From: Colwellia sp.
Lineage (GTDB): Bacteria; Pseudomonadota; Gammaproteobacteria; Enterobacterales; Alteromonadaceae
Reading direction: 5' to 3'
Assembly: GCA_029938115.1 (NCBI GenBank)
Contig: JAPYOP010000004.1
Span: 72,752-136,751, forward strand
Length of the DNA stretch: 64,000 nt
In this document: piece after piece, positions 1 through 10,567 of the stretch
Layout: every line of letters begins with the position of its first letter
How positions within the stretch are numbered: the first letter of the stretch is position 1
Position numbers and translations under genes: made by a program
The notes under the pieces: generated by a model
Databases searched by the model: none
The model's input: only the letters and a program-made list of their open reading frames with translations
What the model was told of the DNA's origin: nothing

Positions 1-192
1 GTGATAGCTGAGATTGAGACGATTAATGGTAAAAAATCGCAAGTAGATATTGATGATTTTTCATTAATAGAGTGGCAAACTGCTTTTAGCCGCTTAGCAT
101 CTCCTCAACTACCTAACCTAAAGAGTAAGCAAGCTCAATTTATTGGCCTTGATAAAGAAATCACTAACTCAATAGAATTACAGTACCAATAA
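1..192 (+). CDS. 3' end of a CDS entering from the left, function not recognised
   Basis: Open frame from the window edge to TAA at 190-192. No motif recognised. Confidence 0.5.
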   Translation: MIAEIETINGKKSQVDIDDFSLIEWQTAFSRLASPQLPNLKSKQAQFIGLDKEITNSIELQYQ

Positions 193-316
193 AACAAATG
201 AGTTTCATCTGGAGTTCTTGTAATAAAAGCAACTCCTTCAGATGCAGGCAAACTATATTCTGTTAATTCATTTTTTCGAGCAACACCGTCACCAATAGTA
301 CTTTATCCAATATTTT

Positions 317-1264
317 TTAATCACAAAGTGTTAACGCTGTACGATTAAAACGGCTTAAGTTTAAATGAAAAAGGTTATGCGCTTGTTCCATACTAATGGG
401 TTCAAAACGTACTTTACAACCTTGGCTTAATTGGCCTAACTTATCGGTATCTACTGATGAAACAGCGCCTATTTTTGGATAACCACCTATAGTTTGTCTA
501 TCATTCATCAATACTATCGGCTGTCCATCTGCTGGTATTTGCACTGCGCCATGACAAATCCCTTCAGATAGAATGCCATCAATATCACACGATATTTTTT
601 GACCTTCTAAACGATACCCCATGCGATCAAAGCTTTTGCTAACTGTATATTCACTAGAAAAAAATAAACGCTGCTGGTGCGATGAAAAATGTTGCTGCTG
701 ATAACTTGGCACCGTATGCAATACAGCTTCATCAGAAAACTTAGGCCTTAGCCTATCTAATAAGGTTAAGTTTTGTGTTCTACTTTGATTTGCACAAGGT
801 AAAATATCACCTACTTTAAGCTTTTCACCGGTTAGGCCACCAACACCTTCTCGACAAACGGTTGCATTACTGCCAAAACTTTCGGGCAGCATAAAACCAT
901 GAGCCACAGCTAAGTAACTTCGTACACCTTGCGTGGCAAAACCTAACTCAATTAGATCACCTGCCTTTACCTGATAACTTCGCCATAACTCTTTGACTTG
1001 ACCATTAATGCTCAAGGGCATATTTGCGCCTGTAACAGCAATAGTACTATCAAGTTGCGCGGTTAGAGCTAGGCCGCCAACACTGATTTCAATGGCCGTT
1101 GCATTTAACTCATTAGCACATAAACGATTTGCCCACCGGAAGGCACCTAAATCTATTGGTCCGCCATTAGTTAAACCAATATTAAAAGCGCCAAAGCGGC
1201 CAGCATCTTGGATTAGGCTTAACATGCCCGGTTGCTTAACTAAAAAACCTATTGAGAGGGGCAT
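317..1264 (-). CDS. pxpC: 5-oxoprolinase subunit C (KipA/allophanate hydrolase 2 family)
   Basis: IQDAGRFG, DRMGYRL, GAVQIPADGQPIVLMNDRQTIGGYPKI motifs. Overlaps pxpB. Confidence 0.92.
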   Translation of the reverse strand: MPLSIGFLVKQPGMLSLIQDAGRFGAFNIGLTNGGPIDLGAFRWANRLCANELNATAIEISVGGLALTAQLDSTIAVTGANMPLSINGQVKELWRSYQVKAGDLIELGFATQGVRSYLAVAHGFMLPESFGSNATVCREGVGGLTGEKLKVGDILPCANQSRTQNLTLLDRLRPKFSDEAVLHTVPSYQQQHFSSHQQRLFFSSEYTVSKSFDRMGYRLEGQKISCDIDGILSEGICHGAVQIPADGQPIVLMNDRQTIGGYPKIGAVSSVDTDKLGQLSQGCKVRFEPISMEQAHNLFHLNLSRFNRTALTLCD

Positions 1265-2016
1265 GTATTAACTCCAAGGTTTTCGGGTAGTTCTCCGCCT
1301 AACGCCAAAAACTCAGCTTTTGTAATCACTTTAAACTTGACCTTATCTCCCACGTTAACTGGCATTATTGGTGTTGCAGTCGCATTAAACATATCTATAG
1401 GACATAAACCTATAATGTTCCAACCACCCGGAGAAACATCTGGATAAACAGCCGTTTGTTTATCCGCAATTGCGACGGCACCTTTAGGAACTTTCATTCG
1501 AGGTGTATTTAAACGCGGTAAAGCAATGCGTTCATCAACGTCACCTAAATAAGCAAAACCCGGTGCGAAACCTATGGCGTAAACCCGATATTCTTGAGCT
1601 TGATGAATATCAATAATTTGCTCAACACTTAAGTTTGTTCGTTTAGATATCACAGCTAAATCTGGCCCTGATTCTATAGAATAATATACCGGTAACTCAA
1701 CCAGTACAGCTTGCTCTGTATTGCTAGCTATTGGTGACTTATCTTCAAGGTTATGCAGTAGCGTTCTTAATTTATTACGCACTTGATGGTGGTCAGTCGT
1801 TGTTAAGTTAAACATCACCATAAGTGATGCATAAGAAGGAATAAGATCGATAACATCAGTCGACAAATCATCTTTCATCGCATGACGAATAAGTAACTCA
1901 GCTTGTTGCACTTTAGCAGACACTTCACTACTTGCTTGCTCTACAAAATAAATGATCAAAGCATTTTCACCAGCAATATGAATATTAAGATTTGCTGATG
2001 GTGTTTCTTTTAACAT
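1249..2016 (-). CDS. pxpB: 5-oxoprolinase subunit B (KipI family)
   Basis: GFAPGFAYLG, GAVAIAD, YPxxSPGGWNIIG motifs. Confidence 0.92.
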   Translation of the reverse strand: MLKETPSANLNIHIAGENALIIYFVEQASSEVSAKVQQAELLIRHAMKDDLSTDVIDLIPSYASLMVMFNLTTTDHHQVRNKLRTLLHNLEDKSPIASNTEQAVLVELPVYYSIESGPDLAVISKRTNLSVEQIIDIHQAQEYRVYAIGFAPGFAYLGDVDERIALPRLNTPRMKVPKGAVAIADKQTAVYPDVSPGGWNIIGLCPIDMFNATATPIMPVNVGDKVKFKVITKAEFLALGGELPENLGVNTCPSQ

Positions 2017-2741
2017 TAGCCAATTAGCTCCCGAATAGCTTCAATAGCTTGCACACCTTCAATATTGTCACCATGAACACATAAACTGTCAGCATTTAAG
2101 TGCAAGGTCTTTCCACTAACCGTTGTAACGCTACCCTGCGCTTTCAATTGCTTAACTTGCGCTAGCATTTTGTCTTTATTATGCACTGCATCTGCTTTTG
2201 TACGCGATAATAACTTACCGTCATCGTCATAACATCTATCCGCAAAAGCTTCACTAAGCACTTCAATGCCAAACGTTTTCGCTTGTGCTCGATGTTGAAC
2301 AATATTTGGTGTTGCTTGCAACATAAGCTTTAACGGACGATGGTAACTGCTCAGTGCAATTAGAATAGCCTCACGAACATTGTCTTTTGCCATCATGTCA
2401 TTGTACAAAGCGCCATGGGGTTTAACGTATTCTAACTCAATATCTAGTGACTTAGCGACGCCATCAATAGCGGCTATTTGATACTTTACTAAAGCGATAA
2501 TTTCTTCTGTTGAGCAGTTTATTGAGCGGCGGCCAAAACCAACTAAATCAGGGTAACCCGGATGCGCGCCAACGCTAACATTATGCTCCTTGGCCAATAT
2601 TAGCGTGTTTTGCATCACCAAAGGGTCGCCAGCGTGAAAGCCGCAGGCAATGTTGGCTTGATCGATATGCAGCATAACTTGCTCATCTAAACCCATAGTC
2701 CAACTGCCAAAGCTTTCGCCTAAATCACAATTTAATTTCAT
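2016..2741 (-). CDS. pxpA: 5-oxoprolinase subunit A (LamB/YcsF family)
   Basis: LNCDLGESFG, ANIACGFHAGD, YVKPHGALYN, CVHGD motifs. Confidence 0.95.
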   Translation of the reverse strand: MKLNCDLGESFGSWTMGLDEQVMLHIDQANIACGFHAGDPLVMQNTLILAKEHNVSVGAHPGYPDLVGFGRRSINCSTEEIIALVKYQIAAIDGVAKSLDIELEYVKPHGALYNDMMAKDNVREAILIALSSYHRPLKLMLQATPNIVQHRAQAKTFGIEVLSEAFADRCYDDDGKLLSRTKADAVHNKDKMLAQVKQLKAQGSVTTVSGKTLHLNADSLCVHGDNIEGVQAIEAIRELIG

Positions 2742-2742
2742 T

Positions 2743-2895
2743 TTATTTCCTTCTTGGCAAAATAACTATATTTCCTTGCACACAACCTTGAGCAAAACCT
2801 GAGGTATTATTGGTAAATTTATTATGACGAATTAGTTGACGTAATTCATAAGCACTCAGCTGTTCTGCACTAGCTTCGATACAATCTCCAGACAT
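2743..2895 (-). pseudogene. Truncated N-terminal fragment of a UPF0317/YcsI (D-glutamate cyclase-like, putative hydro-lyase) gene
   Basis: My translation: MSGDCIEASAEQLSAYELRQLIRHNKFTNNTSGFAQGCVQGNIVILPRRK*. It resembles the family N-terminus (LR..IR...F...TSG.A.G.VQ.N.VILP) and stops 1 nt before the pxpA ATG. Not in the ORF track. Confidence 0.75.
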
Positions 2896-2978
2896 GAAAA
2901 TCACTTTTATTGGCTTGATTTTATTGCTTGTTTGTACTGATTAACAAGCATGCTTTAATGAAAGTATTATTGCGGAAA

Positions 2979-2994
2979 AGCACAAAAAAAGCCA
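2979..2994 (-). promoter_or_regulatory. Candidate sigma54 -24/-12 promoter for the pxp operon
   Basis: Minus strand TGGC-TTTTTTT-GTGCT, with GG and GC exactly 12 nt apart, ~85 nt upstream of the ATG at 2895. Imperfect consensus. Confidence 0.3.
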
Positions 2995-3270
2995 CTGACA
3001 CTTTTATATATTCAGCATAAGAGGCAATAAGTTATATGCATATACATTTTGGCTAGAAGCCAATAACAATACTGTAGCGCTTGCAAGCAAAGGTAGTTCA
3101 TTTATCAGTGTTTTTGTTGTTGTTTTTACTATTAACATGCACCCTTTATATTCCAACAAAAGCACAAACAAAGAATATATCATTCCACCGTCAAAATAAA
3201 AAAACGAAACAGCTGTAAATTTACCGATATTTCGCTTTAAACAGTGCTTCGTTCTATAGACTAAGTAAAA

Positions 3271-4395
3271 CTATTTTACTAAACCTAAAGATGGCACTTT
3301 AGCAATCAAACCATTATTAAACCTGACTTTTTGACCACTTTGTAAACGTTCACCTCCGCGAATAATAACCATATCATTCAACGTTAAAGCGCCGATAACT
3401 GAAACATAGTCATCTACCCCTTGCCCTACAATGACAGAAACCTTCATCGCTTTATCTTCTTCATCAACAGTTAAAACATACGTTTCATTCTCTCGTAAAA
3501 CCAAAGCATCACGTGGTACTAACATTGCACTTTTAGGACGCTGTTTAGGTAGGGACACCATCACTGCACTACCGGCTAAAATATCAATATTGTTCGCTGA
3601 TAATCTAACATCGAAAGTACGAGACAACTGATTACCCGCTTGACTCCATGTGCGTATTGGCAATTGTATTAACTGATTTTGCCACTTCACCATAACTTGA
3701 GCATCTTTTTGCAAAAATGGCGCGATATTAATAGGCGCAGCAATTTTTATATCTAAATTTTTGGTATCAATCAACTGCACTAATGAACGACCAACAGAGA
3801 TCAACTCACCTACATGGGCAAAACGTTCACTTACATGACCACTAAAAGGTGCAACAATTTTAGTTTTTTCTAATGCGAGCTCAGTTTGAGCAACTAAACT
3901 TTTCAGCGCTGCCACTTCATTAATCGCGACAGTTAAATCTTTACTAGTTCGCTCAAACTCGCTCAGCGCTGAGTTATTTGCTTCACGTAATTTAGATATA
4001 CGTTTTTTCTGATGAGTTAAATACTCTACATTTGCTTGAAACTGTTTAACTTGCGCTTGCTGTCGAGCTAGTTGTAATTTTAAGTGTCGATCATCAATTT
4101 GCGCTAATAGCTGACCTTTTTCCACGCTGCTACCAACATCTTCTATCCAAAGCAACTGCCCTGTTTGTTCAGCAGAAATAGGAGCATTCATGCGACTAAT
4201 AACGTTAGCTGGCAACCAAATACTCGGCTTAACCTGCTGCTGTTTTACTGATTCAATACTCACTAACTGAGCAGGTTTTTCATCACTTGCTTGGACATTA
4301 AGCGATACAAGCAACATAGCGCTTAACAAAACTAATGACGACGCTGATGTTGATATATATCTAACTGCTGACGGGATAAATAGTTTTCTAATCAT
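3271..4395 (-). CDS. RND efflux periplasmic adaptor (MFP)
   Basis: Signal/anchor, VGSSVEKGQLLAQID, IVAPFSG, VPRDALV motifs. Start taken at ATG 4395. Confidence 0.9.
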   Translation of the reverse strand: MIRKLFIPSAVRYISTSASSLVLLSAMLLVSLNVQASDEKPAQLVSIESVKQQQVKPSIWLPANVISRMNAPISAEQTGQLLWIEDVGSSVEKGQLLAQIDDRHLKLQLARQQAQVKQFQANVEYLTHQKKRISKLREANNSALSEFERTSKDLTVAINEVAALKSLVAQTELALEKTKIVAPFSGHVSERFAHVGELISVGRSLVQLIDTKNLDIKIAAPINIAPFLQKDAQVMVKWQNQLIQLPIRTWSQAGNQLSRTFDVRLSANNIDILAGSAVMVSLPKQRPKSAMLVPRDALVLRENETYVLTVDEEDKAMKVSVIVGQGVDDYVSVIGALTLNDMVIIRGGERLQSGQKVRFNNGLIAKVPSLGLVK

Positions 4396-4434
4396 GATTG
4401 TTTCCTTTAGTAAATTCATGTAATGAGCTAACAA

Positions 4435-7400
4435 CTAAACTTTCACTCGAGCACTAGGTAACTGCTCTAACGGTGCTTTTAAATTTTTTCGTGTTATAAG
4501 TTTTGGTAGAAAATCTTGCTTCACCAAACGTAACAGGCACGGTAATAGAACAATGGTAAATAGTGTGCTAAAGGCTAAACCGCCAACAATAACCGCGGCT
4601 AGACCTCGATAAATCACACTGCCAGCACCGGGTATTAATAGCAGTGGTAACATGCCAAAAAAGCTAGTTGCTGTGCTCATAAATATTGGCCGTAAACGTA
4701 AACTAAGCGCTTGCTCTATAGCTTGTGAGCGTTCTAATCCTTGTTGTTGCCCTATGCGTGTTTGATGCACTAATAAAATAGCGTTATTAACCACTAAACC
4801 TAGCAAGATAATAAAACCAATCATGGTAAGTAAATCAAGTGGTTGAAACACAGCTAAATTTAAAAGTTGCAGAGCTAAAATACCGCCAACTGTTGCTAGA
4901 GGAATGGTAATAACAACGAGTAGACTGTCTTTCACTGAGCGAAATAGTGCTGCCATTAATAAAAACAAAATGACTAAAGCAAAAGCAAAATTCTCGCTCA
5001 TTACGCTAATAGCTTTCTCTAATTGATCTGCACTACCACCGTATAAAATACTGCCGTCATCAGGCATTATTTCACGTAGTTTCGGCTCAACCTCCGCCTT
5101 TAATACCGCAATGGTTTCTTCAAGTGACCAACCTTTAGGTGGGTTTATATTTAAACTGATAGTACGGTTACCATTAATACGCGTTAAACGGCTAGGACCA
5201 ACGGTGCGCTTGATTTCAACAAGATTCGATAACTGGGTTAATTGGCCATTACCGGTAACTAATGGTACATCAGCAAGGTTATCAGGAGAGTTCCAGCCAT
5301 CTGCCCGCAAAATCATATCAAGACGTTTATTACCATTAAAGTACTCGCCAACGAATAAACCATCACCTAAGGTTCTAACAACTCGACCTAAATCCCGACG
5401 GTTCCACCCTAACTCTAAAATATTGCGATCGTTTGGAATTAACCTAAGCTCAGGCTCTGTCATTTCTAAACCGGGATTAGCATTAACGTTAGCACCTTCT
5501 ATGGCTTCGCTGACAAAGGTAATACCTTGACGAGCAACATTTTGCAGTGCTTTAGTGTCTTTTGATTGCAAATGAATGCTAACTTGTCTGCCACCACCAA
5601 AACCACCAAATAAATTTCCTTGTCGAGCAAACACTTGTGTGTCTGGCAAATCGACTAGAATTTCATCACGTACTAGTTCAAGCAATTCATCAACGCGAGA
5701 CTGATCTTTAACTCGAATACCTAAATTGCCGCCAAAAGGGCCACTAAAAATATAATAGTTTTTTAACGCCGGCTCTTTCGTACCGTCCATATAAGGTTTT
5801 AATCTAGCAACTATTGGCTCTATCACTTCTTTTTCAATGGTTTTAATATTCGCGCCCGGAGGAAACTGTAAATTGGCATCAACAGCATCACGCTTTACTG
5901 GCGGCAAATAATCCAGTTTTGGCATAGCAATAATCGAGACAATAATGGGCAAAACAAGCAGCGTTGTGGCTAGTGACAAACGTTTAACACGGGTATTAGT
6001 ACTGTTCATAACAAAAACTGTAATGCGTTGCCACAGTTTTTCATTTGGATCATTAACGTGCTGTTGTTTTAAAAAGTATTTAGCCAGTACTGGTAGCAAT
6101 ACCACGGCAACAATAAGCGAGACAGAAACAGCAATAGCAATGGTTAGCGCTAAGTCACCAAACAATTGCCCTTCAATATCCTTTAGAAAGAATACCGGTA
6201 AAAATATCGCCACTGTTGTCGCTGTAGAAGCAAGTAAAGCGCCCCACACTTGCTCTGCACCTTGCTCGGCACTATCTTCTTCATTAAGCCCTTTATCACG
6301 CATACGTAGAATATTTTCTAGCACTACAATGGCGGCATCTAACACCATACCTACAGCAAAAGCTAAGCCCGCAAGCGATATGACATTTAATGAACGTCCT
6401 GTTATTTCTAAAACAATAAAAGTACTTAACAAACTCACTGGAATGGCTGTGGCAATAATTAAGGTTGCGCGCATACGGCGTATGAAAAACCATAAAACTG
6501 AAAGTGACAAAGCAATGCCCGCAAACAAATTACCTGTAACTAAATTGATGGCGCGATAAATAAATACTGAAGCGTCAAATGATTGCACCATAACCAAGTC
6601 TTTATCCGCAAGTAACTCAGCGTTCATCAGCTCAACTTCGGCTTTAACCCGATTAAGTGTTCCTAAAACATTAGCGCCATTGGCTCTGTCAATACGCATA
6701 GAAAAGGCAGGGTTACCATTTTGTATCGCTAAGTTTTGTCTGTCATTTCGTTGAACCTTAACGGTAGCAATATCACTTAAACGGATGTTCCTACCATTTC
6801 TGGATGCCAACATAAGCTGAGAAAGTTCATCTACACCATACTTGCCGCTATACCGAAGCGTATACTGACGTCTACCCACATCAACAAAACCACCAGAAAC
6901 ATCCTCAGATGCAGAGACTAAAGCGACAAGATCTGTAATTTTAATGCCATATTCGGCTGCTTTCACAGGGTCATAACGAATTTGCAATTGCTCTCTGTTT
7001 TGCTGTGAAAAAGTTTGCACACTTGATACGCCCTCAATCGCCTCTATACGTGGACGAATAGTGTCATTGGTAAATTCCACATAATCGGCAATATCTTTAT
7101 CATTACCTGGCAAGGCTTGTAAAAAAAACCACGTTAGCGCGGGTGTATTACCACCGAAACCACCTAACATAATTCTAGGTGGACGTGCATCGCGAGGTAA
7201 ATTTGCGACCCTAGTCATGCGCGAAATAACCTCAATCAGTGTTTGCTCCATATTGGTGTCAACGCCAAACTCTAAATTAATGAATGCTGAGCCACGATTT
7301 GCAAAAGCGTTCATTGAATTTAAACCAGGAATACCGCGCAAAACTTGCTCTTGGGGCTCTATGATTTCCGATTCAATTTCTTTAGGTGATGCCGCTCGCC

Positions 7401-7551
7401 AAAAGGTTTGAATAGCAATACGCGGACGTTCAATATCTGGAAATAATTGTACCGGTAATTTAAAAAGGCTCAACATACCTACCAGTAAAATAAGCGCGAC
7501 TCCTACAGCAACGGCTGCGGGACTTGTTAAAGCACTTTTGGTTAATTTCAT
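4435..7551 (-). CDS. RND efflux permease (AcrB/AcrD/AcrF family)
   Basis: ~1040 aa. GMVLDAAIVVLENI, GLVVNNAILLV, RLRPIFMS motifs. Start taken at ATG 7551. Confidence 0.93.
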   Translation of the reverse strand: MKLTKSALTSPAAVAVGVALILLVGMLSLFKLPVQLFPDIERPRIAIQTFWRAASPKEIESEIIEPQEQVLRGIPGLNSMNAFANRGSAFINLEFGVDTNMEQTLIEVISRMTRVANLPRDARPPRIMLGGFGGNTPALTWFFLQALPGNDKDIADYVEFTNDTIRPRIEAIEGVSSVQTFSQQNREQLQIRYDPVKAAEYGIKITDLVALVSASEDVSGGFVDVGRRQYTLRYSGKYGVDELSQLMLASRNGRNIRLSDIATVKVQRNDRQNLAIQNGNPAFSMRIDRANGANVLGTLNRVKAEVELMNAELLADKDLVMVQSFDASVFIYRAINLVTGNLFAGIALSLSVLWFFIRRMRATLIIATAIPVSLLSTFIVLEITGRSLNVISLAGLAFAVGMVLDAAIVVLENILRMRDKGLNEEDSAEQGAEQVWGALLASTATTVAIFLPVFFLKDIEGQLFGDLALTIAIAVSVSLIVAVVLLPVLAKYFLKQQHVNDPNEKLWQRITVFVMNSTNTRVKRLSLATTLLVLPIIVSIIAMPKLDYLPPVKRDAVDANLQFPPGANIKTIEKEVIEPIVARLKPYMDGTKEPALKNYYIFSGPFGGNLGIRVKDQSRVDELLELVRDEILVDLPDTQVFARQGNLFGGFGGGRQVSIHLQSKDTKALQNVARQGITFVSEAIEGANVNANPGLEMTEPELRLIPNDRNILELGWNRRDLGRVVRTLGDGLFVGEYFNGNKRLDMILRADGWNSPDNLADVPLVTGNGQLTQLSNLVEIKRTVGPSRLTRINGNRTISLNINPPKGWSLEETIAVLKAEVEPKLREIMPDDGSILYGGSADQLEKAISVMSENFAFALVILFLLMAALFRSVKDSLLVVITIPLATVGGILALQLLNLAVFQPLDLLTMIGFIILLGLVVNNAILLVHQTRIGQQQGLERSQAIEQALSLRLRPIFMSTATSFFGMLPLLLIPGAGSVIYRGLAAVIVGGLAFSTLFTIVLLPCLLRLVKQDFLPKLITRKNLKAPLEQLPSARVKV

Positions 7552-7767
7552 TATTTTTCCATCATCTATTACAATAATTAACAATTAAGATACATCTAGA
7601 TGACGAATTAAGCAGATGAGTTGCGCTTAATCGATAATTAAACACGATGAAATACAAAGATGAAATTGTTTGAAATGAGCAGACATAATTTGACATATCT
7701 TTGGCATTCTAAACGAGCAAAGTTATACTAACTCCCACAATAGCCCTTTTATAAATAGTAATTTCAA

Positions 7768-8781
7768 ATGCTTCGAATTTTTCTCTCTACTTTCATCTCG
7801 CTTTATTTTATTTCATCCTCCTTATTATTTGCTAAGTCATTTGAAGAACTCATTCAAGATTGTTTATTTAAAACTATTAAAAACGCTGAAAAAACACAAA
7901 CTTTACTTCAAATTGAAGATTACTGTGCAAAGAAAGTAATTAAAAAAGAGTTGGGGAATAAAGAACTTGGCGCCATCTCAGAACGAATGATTAAAGAAAG
8001 AAAGTCAGCATTTAATCCTTATGTGATCACCCCACATAAAATGAATTACATATTACCTGTGACCATTACCAACGAAATTAATACCAAAGCTTATGAGGAT
8101 TTTTCAAATTGGGCTGACAACCTTAAGGATGTTGAAGCAAAATTTCAAATAAGTATAAAAGTGCCTCTAACCACAGGAAACTTATTACCTAAAGGAGATC
8201 AGTTGTTTTTTGGCTTTACGATAGCATCATGGTGGCAACTCTATACTGAAAGTATTTCACGCCCTTTTAGGGAAACAAATTACCAACCAGAGTTGTTCTA
8301 CATTACACCTATAGATTGGCACCCTTTTGACAGCAATACAGGTGTTATATTTGGCTTTGAACACCAATCGAATGGTCGTTCACAAATTATTTCAAGAAGC
8401 TGGAACCGAGTTTATATTAATTTCCTATTTGAAAAAAACAATTTTGCGCTGTCATTTAGACCTTGGTATCGCGTTCCTGAAGATGAAAAAGAAAACGACT
8501 TTAATGCTGTTGGTGATGATAATCCTGACATAGATAATTACATGGGACACTTCGAATTAGGAATGGCTTACAACTGGCGTAAAGATTATGAATTTTCAAT
8601 GAAGTTAAGGGAAAATTTTTCAGAGCACCACGGAGCTATTGAAATAGGATTTACCTTTCCTTTATGGGCAAAACTAAGAGGTTATGCTCAATACTTTAAT
8701 GGTTATGGTGAAAGTTTAATTGATTACAACCATAAACAACAACGCTTTGGTATAGGTTTTGCGTTAACAGATATTCTTTAA
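7768..8781 (+). CDS. pldA: Outer membrane phospholipase A (OMPLA)
   Basis: KFQISIK, SRPFRETNYQPE, HQSNG..SRSWNR, YFNGYGESLIDYN motifs. Confidence 0.93.
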   Translation: MLRIFLSTFISLYFISSSLLFAKSFEELIQDCLFKTIKNAEKTQTLLQIEDYCAKKVIKKELGNKELGAISERMIKERKSAFNPYVITPHKMNYILPVTITNEINTKAYEDFSNWADNLKDVEAKFQISIKVPLTTGNLLPKGDQLFFGFTIASWWQLYTESISRPFRETNYQPELFYITPIDWHPFDSNTGVIFGFEHQSNGRSQIISRSWNRVYINFLFEKNNFALSFRPWYRVPEDEKENDFNAVGDDNPDIDNYMGHFELGMAYNWRKDYEFSMKLRENFSEHHGAIEIGFTFPLWAKLRGYAQYFNGYGESLIDYNHKQQRFGIGFALTDIL

Positions 8782-8897
8782 AACGTGTACTTTTCGCAAA
8801 GTATTTACATTTTCTAATTATTGCTACCATAAACCCAATCAGAGCCCTATACTTGAGTTATATAATTGAAAAAACACTAAAATTAAAGGTTTCTCAA

Positions 8898-10457
8898 ATG
8901 AGTAATAGCAAAGACTGTGTAGAGCACTTTATAGATATTGGCATGGCCTTATCTACAGAAAAAAACCATAATGCCCTTTTAGAGAAAATTCTAAAAAATG
9001 CGATGGAACTAAGCTCTGCAGATGCAGGTACTATTTACTCAATAACCGAAAATAAACAGCTAACCTTTGATACCGTATTAAACACTAGCTTAAATATTCA
9101 TTTAGGTGGTACGAGTAATAATCCTATCGATCTCCCTAATATTGATATTTATACTTTTGGTCAAGTTAACACCAGTGCAATGGTGGCAATTGCTGCCGCT
9201 AACGGAGAAATTATAAATGTTGAAGATGTTGATGAATGCGAAAACTATGACTTTAGTGCCGCAAAAGCTATGGATGAGCATATAGGATACAGAACTGATT
9301 CTGTATTAACTATTCCCATGAAAAATCACCAAGGAGATCTCAATGGTGTAATACAGCTTATTAACGCAACCAATGAACATAACGAAATAATTGCATTTAA
9401 TGACGATGATATCAGAGTGGTCAAATCACTGACTTCTTTCGCTGCAATTATTTTAACCAATAAACAGTTAGTGGTTGAAATGGAAAACCTATTTTCAGCC
9501 TTTTCCAAATTAATAGCCTCAGCCATAGATACAAAATCACCTTACACTGGTAGCCATTGTCGCCGTGTTCCTGAAATAACAATGCTGCTAGCTAATGCAT
9601 GTAACGAAATTGGGCATGGGCCTCTTGCAGATTTCACCATGGATAAAGAAGATTTTCATGAATTGAGTGTAGCGGCTTGGCTACACGATTGTGGAAAAGT
9701 GGCAACACCAGAATACATCATGGATAAAGCTAAAAAGCTTGAAACTATATTCGATAGAATAGAACTCGTAAAGGCGCGTTTTGAAATTGCTGCCCGTGAT
9801 ATTACCTATTCAACAAAACTAACTGATAAAGAAAAAGTAGCACAACTAAAAGTCTTATCTAGTGACAGAGATTTTATCGTACAAGCGAATACTGGCGGAG
9901 AATTTTTTGATGATGATAAAATTACTCGTGTATATAAAATTGCCAAGCATTATAAAATATCAATTGACGGAAAAACTCAATCGGTACTTAATAGTGATGA
10001 AGTACTTAACCTAATAATCAAACGAGGTACCCTTAATAACAAAGAACGTAAAATTATTAATGACCATATGAAAGTTACTGTCGAAATGCTTGAATCTATG
10101 CCCTTTCCTAAGCATTTACAAAATGTTCCCGAATATGCTTGTGGCCATCATGAAAAAATGGATGGTACTGGTTATCCTAAAGGCTTAAAGCGTGAACAAA
10201 TGTCGATACAAGCTAGGATAATGGCAATAGCCGATATTTTTGAAGCCTTAACATCGAATGACAGACCCTATAAAAAGCCCAAAACATTATCAGAAACCTT
10301 AAAAATCATGGGTTATATGAAACTTGATGATCACATTGATCCTGACTTATTTGACGTTTTTATACAGCAAGAAGTCTATTTAACCTTTGCAGAGAACTTC
10401 CTAGATGACTCTCAAATAGATAAAGTAGAGTTATGTAATATTCCTGGGTATAAATAA
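8898..10457 (+). CDS. GAF + HD-GYP cyclic-dinucleotide phosphodiesterase
   Basis: N-terminal GAF (YRTDSVLTIPM..GVIQLIN), LHDCGK, HHEKMDGTGYPKG, DRPYK. Confidence 0.88.
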   Translation: MSNSKDCVEHFIDIGMALSTEKNHNALLEKILKNAMELSSADAGTIYSITENKQLTFDTVLNTSLNIHLGGTSNNPIDLPNIDIYTFGQVNTSAMVAIAAANGEIINVEDVDECENYDFSAAKAMDEHIGYRTDSVLTIPMKNHQGDLNGVIQLINATNEHNEIIAFNDDDIRVVKSLTSFAAIILTNKQLVVEMENLFSAFSKLIASAIDTKSPYTGSHCRRVPEITMLLANACNEIGHGPLADFTMDKEDFHELSVAAWLHDCGKVATPEYIMDKAKKLETIFDRIELVKARFEIAARDITYSTKLTDKEKVAQLKVLSSDRDFIVQANTGGEFFDDDKITRVYKIAKHYKISIDGKTQSVLNSDEVLNLIIKRGTLNNKERKIINDHMKVTVEMLESMPFPKHLQNVPEYACGHHEKMDGTGYPKGLKREQMSIQARIMAIADIFEALTSNDRPYKKPKTLSETLKIMGYMKLDDHIDPDLFDVFIQQEVYLTFAENFLDDSQIDKVELCNIPGYK

Positions 10458-10567
10458 GTTACATCGATTTAAAGAGTACAACAACTTTTTTTACACTCTT
10501 TGCACTACAAAATTTCATCCAAACAAGGTAAATTACCTCTATCGATATTAAATATTATTGCAATCAA

